Origin: an uncultured Rhodospirillaceae bacterium
GTDB lineage: Bacteria > Pseudomonadota > Alphaproteobacteria > Rhodospirillales > UBA2165
Assembly (NCBI GenBank): GCA_964643045.1
Contig: CAZXSC010000005.1
Coordinates: 1 to 63,233 of the forward strand
Length of the DNA stretch: 63,233 nucleotides
Direction of reading: 5' to 3'
Below the pieces are notes generated by a model. It saw only the letters and a program-made list of their open reading frames with translations, searched no databases and was not told where the DNA came from. Shown here piece after piece: positions 53,582-61,866 of the stretch; positions within the stretch are counted from its first letter, which is position 1; each line of letters opens with the position of its first letter. The position numbers and the translations under genes are program-made.

Positions 53582-54241
53582 ATGTCACGTATTGAAATGG
53601 TAGATCTGAACGTTAACGATCAAGAGATCCAAAACATGTTTTTAGCAGTATCAGCTATGCTTGGTAGGGTTCCTAATTCATATCGAACCCTGGCCCGTTC
53701 GCCTCTGGTGGCCAAGATGTTGGTGCCGTTTAATGCTACCGTTCAGCGGGAGGGAGCTGGGAGCGTCCTTTCCACAAAACTAAAGGAAATGGTGGTTATA
53801 AAAACCAGTCATTTAAACCAGTGCAGCTATTGATTTGCTCATAATACGTCGCTTGGTCAAGCGGCAGGCATTACAGATCAACAAGTCATTGAAATAGGTA
53901 CGGATGATTATCGCTCTTCGAACTTGTTTACAGAACGGGAAAAGGCAGCGCTATTGTGGGCAACACATGTCACTTTGAATACGGCAAAAGATGATAACGG
54001 TATTTATGAACAGGTACGGAAAGAGTTTGATGAACAAGAGATGGTTGACTTAACACTGATTTGCAGTTTTTTTAATTTTTTCAATAGAGTAATGGATTCA
54101 CTTAAGGTTCCAGTAGAAGAACAGGAGGAGATAGATAAGATCAAAAATTCGGTTCGTTTAGATCCAGAAAAGGTTAAAGAGTACTTGGCAACAACTGTTA
54201 AAAATTGGCCGCTTGAGTTTCCAGATCCGAACCCGGATTAA
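53582..54241 (+). CDS. AhpD/carboxymuconolactone decarboxylase-family protein, 219 aa, predicted Sec84 (TGA at 53831-53833)
   Basis: ORFs 53582..53833 and 53924..54241 share a frame. Read-through gives KEMVVIKTSHLNQ-C-S-Y-U-FAHNTSLGQAAGITDQQV..FTEREKAALLWATHVT, placing the TGA at the second Cys of the AhpD CxxC motif. SECIS-like hairpin follows. Confidence 0.9.
53836..53870 (+). promoter_or_regulatory. Candidate bacterial SECIS element of the AhpD-like gene
   Basis: Stem GUCGCUU(53848-54)/AAGCGGC(53859-65) with loop GGUC starting 21 nt after the UGA; possible lower stem UGCU/GGCA. Confidence 0.72.
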
Positions 54242-54242
54242 A

Positions 54243-54494
54243 ATTACACCGAAGGCAGCCATCCTCTACAGTTCCCAATGAAAATTGACCTTCGCCATCA
54301 AAAAGCATCCTATGGTACTGGCGTGGAGCATGACCGTGCGCGCAATGATCTTCAAGCGCCTTAAGTTCACCAGAAGGCGCACGAAAGAAAACGATATCCT
54401 CACCGCAAATTTACCTGGCAAAGGGTCTTTCTGCTAAGATTTCGCTGGAAAGTGCACCAGCATGCCACTGCTCCTGAAGGAATCATTCTGTCAT
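54243..54494 (-). pseudogene. Rieske [2Fe-2S] oxygenase (VanA-like) N-terminal remnant with internal stops and a block swap
   Basis: Translates as MTE*FLQEQWHAGALSSEILAERPFAR*ICGEDIVFFRAPSGELKALEDHCAHGHAP-RQYHRMLFDGEGQ-FSLGTVEDGCLRC-N; two stops; catalytic domain absent; missed by the ORF track. Confidence 0.88.
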
Positions 54495-54829
54495 TTTCTC
54501 TTCCGTCCATCTCATTCACTTTACCGGTGACTGAGAACAGCAACTACCCTTACATGCAAAAAATTCAAGAAGAATAGTCTGCACGAGTTAAACCAATAAA
54601 AAGCTCTGATCAAATTGTAAACAATAAATTGAACCTTTGAACAAATTTTGCAGGGAAAATTGTGCTTAATTTAACAGGATTTGCTAATATAGTTTATTCC
54701 CTATAGAAAAAAATATTTAAAAATCAGATGCTTACAATTATAAATTCTTGGCATTAATTCTGCAGGAGTTTTCCATAGGATTTAAATCCTTGATTTTAAC
54801 AACTCTAAACAAGTGTTAGGAATATGAGT

Positions 54830-54913
54830 ATGAAATTATTACAAAAATCGGGTGAATTCACAGCGATATTAAGTTTGTTAGGATTTGCATATTTTATGTT
54901 TATTGTAAGCTAA
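54830..54913 (+). CDS. Candidate small membrane peptide (27 aa)
   Basis: MKLLQKSGEFTAILSLLGFAYFMFIVS*; AGGA 8 nt upstream; basic N-terminus plus one hydrophobic stretch; below the ORF-track cutoff; alternative ATG at 54824. Confidence 0.4.
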   Translation: MKLLQKSGEFTAILSLLGFAYFMFIVS

Positions 54914-56090
54914 CCTGTGGTCTAAAGAATATATAAATTCCTGCCGGAATTATTCCCCCAAAGATAAGAGCCATCGCCATCGGAAATGATGTGCCATCGG
55001 CATAATATCCAACTAGAATTGCCATGATGGCGCCTGCCAGTTGCCGAAAGAATCCTAAAAGGGATGAAGCGGCCCCCGCATGTGCAGGAAATGGCGTTAT
55101 GGAGCCAGCCATCGACTGTGCTGAAATCATTGCTTCGCCCATTCGCTGAATAGTATATGGCAATATAATGGCAACTACTGTAAATATACCACTTAGGGAT
55201 AATACTAGAAAGCTTAAGCTAGAAATTACGGTGATGAATGCTCCTATACCAATTACCTTGTTTATGCCAAGTTTCAAAGATAATCGGCCGCTAATAAACG
55301 AGCCAATTAGGCTTCCCAACATAACAATGGCAAATTGCCAGGCAAATGTTGTTGGTGCCTGGTTAAGTTGGCTAATCAATAAATCGGATGCTGTCGCCAG
55401 AAATCCGTAAAGGGAACTCACCGAAAATGATGCAATCAAAGTATAGATTATAAAAGATCTATTTGTTAAAATTTGTCGAAAATTATGGGTCATACTATTT
55501 ATGTTTAAGGCCTCAAGATCTTTCTTTTTTAATGTTTCTTTGAAATAGAAAATTGTGAGCAACATTACAATTCCAGCAAAACTTGCCATGAAAATAAAAA
55601 CCGAATACCAGTCGAAGTACCCAATTAGAATACTGCCAATAAACGGATTCACGATGGGCATCAAAGTTGAAACCATCCAAATATTTGATAATAATTTAGC
55701 AGCTTTTTCTCGAGCATGGAGATCTCTTACAATAGCGATCCCAATTATTCTTCCAGAAGCTGCTCCTATCCCTTGAAAGAAACGAATCAAGGACAAAGTT
55801 TCAATATTTGAAGAATAAGGTGCGAGGATTGCAGCTATGATGTATAAAAATAGACCAAAAATGACGACAGGTTTTCTTCCAAAACGATCTGAAATTGGCC
55901 CAAAGATTATTTGCCCTATTGCGGTACCCATCGCAAATATGCCTAGAGTAATGCCGACTGTTCCCGGATCGACAGCCATGGTTAGTGCAATTAGAGGCAT
56001 CGCGGGTAAGAATATATCAATGGCAACCGGGTTTAAGGAAGAAAAACCCGCAATTAATGCCACAAAAAAAACATATCTGATGGGGTTCAT
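54900..56090 (-). CDS. Bcr/CflA-type (DHA1) MFS transporter
   Basis: AIDIFLPAMP, GPISDRFGRKPV (motif A), IVRDL and AGAASSLLG; about 12 hydrophobic segments. Confidence 0.93.
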   Translation of the reverse strand: MNPIRYVFFVALIAGFSSLNPVAIDIFLPAMPLIALTMAVDPGTVGITLGIFAMGTAIGQIIFGPISDRFGRKPVVIFGLFLYIIAAILAPYSSNIETLSLIRFFQGIGAASGRIIGIAIVRDLHAREKAAKLLSNIWMVSTLMPIVNPFIGSILIGYFDWYSVFIFMASFAGIVMLLTIFYFKETLKKKDLEALNINSMTHNFRQILTNRSFIIYTLIASFSVSSLYGFLATASDLLISQLNQAPTTFAWQFAIVMLGSLIGSFISGRLSLKLGINKVIGIGAFITVISSLSFLVLSLSGIFTVVAIILPYTIQRMGEAMISAQSMAGSITPFPAHAGAASSLLGFFRQLAGAIMAILVGYYADGTSFPMAMALIFGGIIPAGIYIFFRPQVSLQ

Positions 56091-57295
56091 TGGGACCTAA
56101 AACTATTTGTAACCAGCATGCAACTGATTATAGTCAGTATACCACATCCTGCTATTGCTGCGGTCATGGGGACTGCGGTACTATCTGCAAATATTGACAA
56201 AATGGCAGATACGATGGTTGCCATTGAATTTTGTAAAAAACCTTGAAGAGTAGAAGCAGTACCTGCTCTATTTGGAAAAGGCTGCAAACAAGCTGACACC
56301 GTTTGCGGCCACAGAATAGCGAAACCCATAACAAACACTACCATTGGGCCTATTATGGCCGCTGGATGGGTTGCCTTGAATGAAACTAATATGAACATTG
56401 TAATCCCAGCACTGGCTATAAACACTGATCCCAATTGCATTAACTTTTTAGTATTTACCCGATCGATTAATTTTTCAGCTATCAATGCTGATGCCGCTTG
56501 GCATATTATAATGAGGGAAAATGTTAGACCATAAACAGATGGGCTAATGCCGAAACTCTTAATAAGGACCCCAGAAGAGGAATTGAGGTAGGCAACTATT
56601 CCTCCTAGAGCAAATCCCCCACAGATAACGTTTAGATAAAATTCGCGGTGAGAAATAATGATCGAAAAATTTCTGATTAAAACTGTAATTTTCAGAGCAT
56701 TGTAATCTTTTCTTGAAATAGTTTCTTTGAAGAAGAGTAGAAAAACTAAGAACGTTCCAATGGCGTAAATTGATATAACCCAAAAAACTGATCGCCATGA
56801 ATAATTTTCCGATAAGTAACCGCCAATGGGGGCGGAACTAATCGAGAAACACAAGCCAATAAACCACATAGTAGTAATTAGCTTTGTTAGTCTTTCTTCA
56901 TTATATAAGTCACGTGCGACTGCATTTGCCAATATTCGGCCAGAAGCGACCAGCAGCCCTTGTATAAAGCGCCAAAAAATCAATGTTTCTATATTATTTG
57001 CAAAGCCAGAACCAATGGCAGAAATTAGATAAATTATTAAGGCTGAAAGAATTATTGGTTTTCGTCCAAATCGGTCGGAAAGAGGTCCAAAAATTATTTG
57101 GCCTAACGCGTTTCCTGCAAAGATAGCTGTGAGAGAAAGTTCTACAGAGCCTGTAGAAACCTGGAAATCTTTAGCTAGTAATGGAACGGCTGGCAGAAAC
57201 ACATCAATCGCTATAGGGCCGGTCATGGTTAAAAAACCAAGGATGACAGCATAAAATATGTATGTTTTGTGCTCGGTCATAAAATGTTTATTCAT
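56087..57295 (-). CDS. Bcr/CflA-type (DHA1) MFS transporter
   Basis: AIDVFLPAVP, GPLSDRFGRKPI, VARDLY and RAGTAST motifs. Confidence 0.93.
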   Translation of the reverse strand: MNKHFMTEHKTYIFYAVILGFLTMTGPIAIDVFLPAVPLLAKDFQVSTGSVELSLTAIFAGNALGQIIFGPLSDRFGRKPIILSALIIYLISAIGSGFANNIETLIFWRFIQGLLVASGRILANAVARDLYNEERLTKLITTMWFIGLCFSISSAPIGGYLSENYSWRSVFWVISIYAIGTFLVFLLFFKETISRKDYNALKITVLIRNFSIIISHREFYLNVICGGFALGGIVAYLNSSSGVLIKSFGISPSVYGLTFSLIIICQAASALIAEKLIDRVNTKKLMQLGSVFIASAGITMFILVSFKATHPAAIIGPMVVFVMGFAILWPQTVSACLQPFPNRAGTASTLQGFLQNSMATIVSAILSIFADSTAVPMTAAIAGCGILTIISCMLVTNSFRSQ

Positions 57296-58493
57296 TCCTC
57301 AAGATTATTCTAGGAACTTTAATGACATACGCTGTAAATCCAAATAAACAGCCAATAGTCAAAACAAAGGCGACTGGCATGGCACTGCTTCCATCCCCTA
57401 AAAAACCAAGAATGATGGCTACAATTGCGCCTGTGCCTAGGTGAATAAATCCAAGCAGCGACGTGGCACGTCCGGCCATATGTTGGAAATTGGATAGCGC
57501 CCCCGCTGTCATACCAGGTATAGTTAATGCAAACCCCATTAAGAATATTGCTGATGGAACTAGTATTGAATAAATCGTTATTTGATTTGCTATTACTATA
57601 ACCATTAAAGATAACCCTCCAACCAAACTAATCGCCGTTCCAACAAGGAGAAGTTTTCTTATCCCAAGAGTGTCAACTAATTTTCCGGACCACGCCGCAG
57701 CAATAAGGTGACAAGTCATGATCGCACCAAATTGATAACCAAATGCATCCGCTGTTTGGCCAAGCACGCCAACCATCACGGGTGCGATACCGGTTAATAT
57801 TGAAAACAATCCAATATAAGCTCCCACTCCAATTAAGAGAAATGCTTGAAAATTACGCTCCAAGATAATTTCCAAAAAATTAGCTAAAAGAATATTTGGA
57901 CTTAGAGCGTGGATATCTTTCTTATTGAGGCTTTCCTCAAGAAATAAAATCACAACCAGGAGAACCATCCCAGATATGAAAGCCATTAATACAAATATTG
58001 ATTCCCAGCCAAACCATGTTGTTAGATGACCTCCAATTATTGGTCCAATAATGGGAATAGTAGATAGAACAACAAATAAATTTGCAAAAACTTTAGCGCC
58101 TTTTTTTACACTGAAAAGGTCGCGGACGACTGCACGCATAATGATCATTGTAGCACCCATTGCAAAGCCTTGGAACAACCGCATAACATAAAAGGGACCT
58201 ATGCTGTGCATTAAAGGAGATAAGAGTGATGTTATAAAATAGGCCAGCAAACCAAAAATTATAACGGGCTTTCGTCCAAATCGATCAGATAACGGCCCAT
58301 GTACTAGTTGACCAATTCCGCAGCCCACCGACAATATTCCCCACGAAATCATTATTTGGCCGACAGAGCAGTTAAGGTCGGCTGCCACGTCATTAACAGC
58401 GGGCAAGAAAGCATCCAACGCAAGAGGGCTCAATATCGCTAATCCACTTAGAATAAAAAACGTTCGTGTGTTGGAGGACAAGAATGAAGCCAT
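57288..58493 (-). CDS. Bcr/CflA-type (DHA1) MFS transporter
   Basis: ALDAFLPAV, GPLSDRFGRKPV, RAVVRDLF and MAGRATSLLG motifs. Confidence 0.93.
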   Translation of the reverse strand: MASFLSSNTRTFFILSGLAILSPLALDAFLPAVNDVAADLNCSVGQIMISWGILSVGCGIGQLVHGPLSDRFGRKPVIIFGLLAYFITSLLSPLMHSIGPFYVMRLFQGFAMGATMIIMRAVVRDLFSVKKGAKVFANLFVVLSTIPIIGPIIGGHLTTWFGWESIFVLMAFISGMVLLVVILFLEESLNKKDIHALSPNILLANFLEIILERNFQAFLLIGVGAYIGLFSILTGIAPVMVGVLGQTADAFGYQFGAIMTCHLIAAAWSGKLVDTLGIRKLLLVGTAISLVGGLSLMVIVIANQITIYSILVPSAIFLMGFALTIPGMTAGALSNFQHMAGRATSLLGFIHLGTGAIVAIILGFLGDGSSAMPVAFVLTIGCLFGFTAYVIKVPRIILRNE

Positions 58494-58631
58494 TCAACGT
58501 GTTTACTGCTTATAGCCGTGACTCGCAAACAAACTATAAAGGTTCTAACTTTAGTAAAAAATCCAACTATTGATTAAGGAGGTTAACGTCGCACCAGGAA
58601 ATACCGGTTAACCCTAAAGAGCTTTGTAGAT

Positions 58632-59738
58632 TTAAGACCAAATTTTTTCAGCAACATCAACAATTAGTTCAAGTTTTCTCTTTTGATCATCAACTGTAAT
58701 GGGGTTACCAGCAACCGTGCTCGCGAAACCGCACTGCGGACTTAAAGCGAGTTGATCGATATCAATATATTTTGAAGCTTCATCAATCCGTGTTCGTAAC
58801 CCATCTTGAGATTCCATTTGTGGTGTTTTGCTGGAAACCAAACCGAGTACTACCATTTTATCCTTGGGCACAAATTTCAGTGGTTCAAAGTCGCCCGCAC
58901 GCGGAGTGTCATATTCTAGAAAATAAGCATCGACGTTAAGTTCATTAAAGAATTTTTCGGCAAATGTTTCATAGCCGCCTTCAGATAAGAAACGTCCTTT
59001 GTAGTTTCCACGGCACATATGAACAGCAATAGTTACACCTTCTGGCCGGCCTGATAAGCCATCATTGAACAGATTTACGTAGTCATCCATTAATTGCGCA
59101 GGTTCGAGGCCATCCTCTTTAACACGGGCCTGGATTTGTGGATCACTCAGCATTGGTATCGGCACGTCATCGAGTTGAATGTATATACATCCTGCATCTG
59201 CTAAAGCATTGATTTCTTCACGATAAACCAAAGCCAGATCTGAAAAATATTCTATTCTACTATCGTAGACACCCGGTTTGATGCTTTTGTCCAAACGAAA
59301 CATGTGCATGGTAGGTGGAGATACGATGGTCGTTTTTGGCGTATTCTTGGTATTAGCTTTAACAAAATCAAACTCGTCTCCAGCGATAGAAGTAGAGCGT
59401 GACACCTTACCTGTTACAAAAGGCGCCGTAAATTTTTGTTCATGCCCATCCCCATCGTGAAATGTGAAGCGCGCGTCATCGACTTCGAGCCCTTCAACAC
59501 GTTCAACAAAGGATGACCAGTAGGAAGCTCTGCGGAATTCACCGTCAGTAATGGCTTGCATGCCAACATCTTCCTGAAGGGTAATTACTTCTTTGATTGC
59601 TTTGTCTTCTACAATTTGCATTTCTTTTTGGGTGATTTTTCCAGCCTTCAATGAGTTAAATGCCTCATTAATCATCTTCGGACGAAGAAGACTGCCAACA
59701 TGATCTGCACGAAAGGGAGGGGAGGGTCGCGATGTCAT
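58632..59738 (-). CDS. Cobalamin-independent methionine synthase II-family protein (single-barrel MetE-like, Zn-dependent)
   Basis: PPFRADHVGSLLRP, ITDGEFRR, Zn ligands HMCRGN / FLEYD / LSPQCGFAS; 368 aa, no N-terminal MetE half. Confidence 0.92.
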   Translation of the reverse strand: MTSRPSPPFRADHVGSLLRPKMINEAFNSLKAGKITQKEMQIVEDKAIKEVITLQEDVGMQAITDGEFRRASYWSSFVERVEGLEVDDARFTFHDGDGHEQKFTAPFVTGKVSRSTSIAGDEFDFVKANTKNTPKTTIVSPPTMHMFRLDKSIKPGVYDSRIEYFSDLALVYREEINALADAGCIYIQLDDVPIPMLSDPQIQARVKEDGLEPAQLMDDYVNLFNDGLSGRPEGVTIAVHMCRGNYKGRFLSEGGYETFAEKFFNELNVDAYFLEYDTPRAGDFEPLKFVPKDKMVVLGLVSSKTPQMESQDGLRTRIDEASKYIDIDQLALSPQCGFASTVAGNPITVDDQKRKLELIVDVAEKIWS

Positions 59739-59840
59739 TAAATAAAATCCTTTAACATTGGATGATTAATCTATTTATTAGTTGCTTAAGCGTATATCGA
59801 TTATTCAATATATCAATAGAAATATGTATTGGAGGTGCTA

Positions 59841-61253
59841 ATGGCTAATAGCAAAAAAGAGAAGACTCGTGCGGCATGGCTTAAAACGCTGGCTAAACAT
59901 AAGTTAGATGCTGATGCGCCCGCAACAGATCAAATTTGGTCACCACAACTTGAATGCGCTAGCCGAGACGAGTTGACAGCAATCCAGAATCAAAAATTGA
60001 AAGTTGTCACTCCTTTCCTTTATGAGAATAGTGATTTTTATCGCCGCCGCTTTGACCGATTAGGTTTAGCCCCAACAGATATTAAAACTGTCGAAGATCT
60101 TACAAAATGGCCCGTTATAGATAAATTGGAGATGATAGAAGACGTTAAAAAACACCCCCCTTATGGTTCTTATTCGACCATGAATGAGGAACTTTGGAAT
60201 AAGCGTGGCTGGATGCTTTTTTCTTCCTCAGGCTCAAGCGGGGTTCCCAGAGTATTTCGCTATTCTCACGTTGATCGAGATTTATGGGAGTGGGCAAATG
60301 CTCGGGCTATATATTCATTTGGGGTGAGACCTGTTGATACCGTTTTCTTAGCATCAGGATATGGCCCCCATGTATTTGCCTGGGGTGTTCAATACGCATT
60401 GCAGAGGATGGACGTAGCCTCTATTCCAGGAGGCGGGATGACAACCGATATGAGAGCAAATATTGTGGACCGTTTTAAGCCCACAGTTTTGTGTTGTACC
60501 ACATCCTATGCGCTACATCTTGGTCGTGTAATGCAGGATCGAGGGTTTGATCCTGCTGAAAGTTCTATCCGCATGCTGTTTGTAGGAGGAGAGCCGGGGA
60601 CCGGCATTATGAATACTCGTAATCGCCTTAAAAATTTATGGGGTGCTGAAATCAGAGAGTTTTATGGATGTACGGAAGTGTCTCCCCATAGTGGAGGTTA
60701 CTCTTGTTCTCATTCGGAGGTGTCGGACGAAATTGTTGCTACACATCTAATGGAGGACCATCAGATCTGGGAGCTCGTTGATCCCGATACTTTTGAGCCA
60801 GTTCGAGAGGGCGAGCGTGGTATTACAGTTTGCACAAGCCTCAATTCAGAGAGTTCACCACAACTGAGGTTTAATGTTGGTGACTATACTGTTTATTCAA
60901 CGAAGGAATGTGGTTGCGGTAGAACACATGTTCGAGCTATGGGTTCATTTGCTGGTCGTTCGGATGATTTGATCAATCTACGTGGGATAAAAATGTTTCC
61001 GGTCCAGTTAGAGCAGGCAGTCCGAGCAATTCCAAATATTGGTGACGAGTACGAAGTTTTGATTGAAACGACGGAAGCTGGTTTAGATGTTATGACTGTT
61101 CGCATTGAGCATACGGATGATGTATCTGCTCAAGTGGCTAATGAAATTAAGACACGGTGTGAAGTGACAGTCGCCGTCGAAGTTCTCGCGCCTGATACAC
61201 TACCTAAGACGGAATTCAAGGCAAAGCGTATTCTTGATGAGCGAAACAAATAG
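59841..61253 (+). CDS. Phenylacetate--CoA ligase (PaaK)-family adenylate-forming enzyme
   Basis: SSSGSSGVPR P-loop, GGEP, FYGCTEV, LRFNVGD, GRSDDLINLRG and LPKTEFKAKRILD; GGAGG before ATG 59841. Confidence 0.9.
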   Translation: MANSKKEKTRAAWLKTLAKHKLDADAPATDQIWSPQLECASRDELTAIQNQKLKVVTPFLYENSDFYRRRFDRLGLAPTDIKTVEDLTKWPVIDKLEMIEDVKKHPPYGSYSTMNEELWNKRGWMLFSSSGSSGVPRVFRYSHVDRDLWEWANARAIYSFGVRPVDTVFLASGYGPHVFAWGVQYALQRMDVASIPGGGMTTDMRANIVDRFKPTVLCCTTSYALHLGRVMQDRGFDPAESSIRMLFVGGEPGTGIMNTRNRLKNLWGAEIREFYGCTEVSPHSGGYSCSHSEVSDEIVATHLMEDHQIWELVDPDTFEPVREGERGITVCTSLNSESSPQLRFNVGDYTVYSTKECGCGRTHVRAMGSFAGRSDDLINLRGIKMFPVQLEQAVRAIPNIGDEYEVLIETTEAGLDVMTVRIEHTDDVSAQVANEIKTRCEVTVAVEVLAPDTLPKTEFKAKRILDERNK

Positions 61254-61360
61254 AAATTTCACTATGCTAAATGGTAGAATTATGAGTAAAATGATGTAGT
61301 TGTGGTAAAATTGTAAAAGACAAGAATCAAGTCGGGATTAACGGTTGAAAGTAGGTATAT

Positions 61361-61759
61361 ATGACTGCAAAAACTACTTTGACAGTGATAGGCATCGTTA
61401 TGATTATTCAAGGCCTTGTGTTTTATGGTTTTTCTGTTTCGATTACCCAGAATATGTTTCCTGAGGCTGGTTCTGAGGCTGTTGAGGTAGGGGCTATTAT
61501 GCGGCAACTTTTGGCCGCCGGTTCACTATTTATTGGGATTATCTTGTTTTTAGCTCGAACGAATGTAACGAGCGCAGCAAAAAGAATATTGTTCGGATCT
61601 TCGATTGGCTTTACACTAATTTTAGCCGTTTTAATCCATATTGCAGTTACTCATGATTCTGTCAGTGTGCCGGTGACCCCTTTAATACTGTTTGCGATTT
61701 TTGCCGTAGTATCATTCATTTTTGGTGATGCAGGAATTGGCGATAGGCGTGGTTATTGA
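61361..61759 (+). CDS. Hypothetical small integral membrane protein (about 4 TM)
   Basis: 132-aa ORF with four hydrophobic segments and an AGGT ribosome site; family not recognised. Confidence 0.75.
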   Translation: MTAKTTLTVIGIVMIIQGLVFYGFSVSITQNMFPEAGSEAVEVGAIMRQLLAAGSLFIGIILFLARTNVTSAAKRILFGSSIGFTLILAVLIHIAVTHDSVSVPVTPLILFAIFAVVSFIFGDAGIGDRRGY

Positions 61760-61866
61760 ATAAATCTTAAAATACATCATCAGTAGTGGTTGTATTTATC
61801 TAGGTTTCAATAATTTTGCCGTCAACTAAGACTGAGAACTCAATTCAATCGCTTTTGGGACTCTCG

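Noticed and set aside
52175-54241. Four separate small genes or two nonsense pseudogenes, as the ORF track implies
   Set aside because: Fragments are pairwise in frame, the intervening codons encode family-typical sequence, and each TGA falls on a redox-motif position with a downstream hairpin. Sec recoding is more parsimonious, although untested.
54483-54485. TGA at codon 4 of the Rieske relic as Sec
   Set aside because: The same frame has a TAA, the Rieske motif is scrambled and the catalytic domain is missing, so this is decay.
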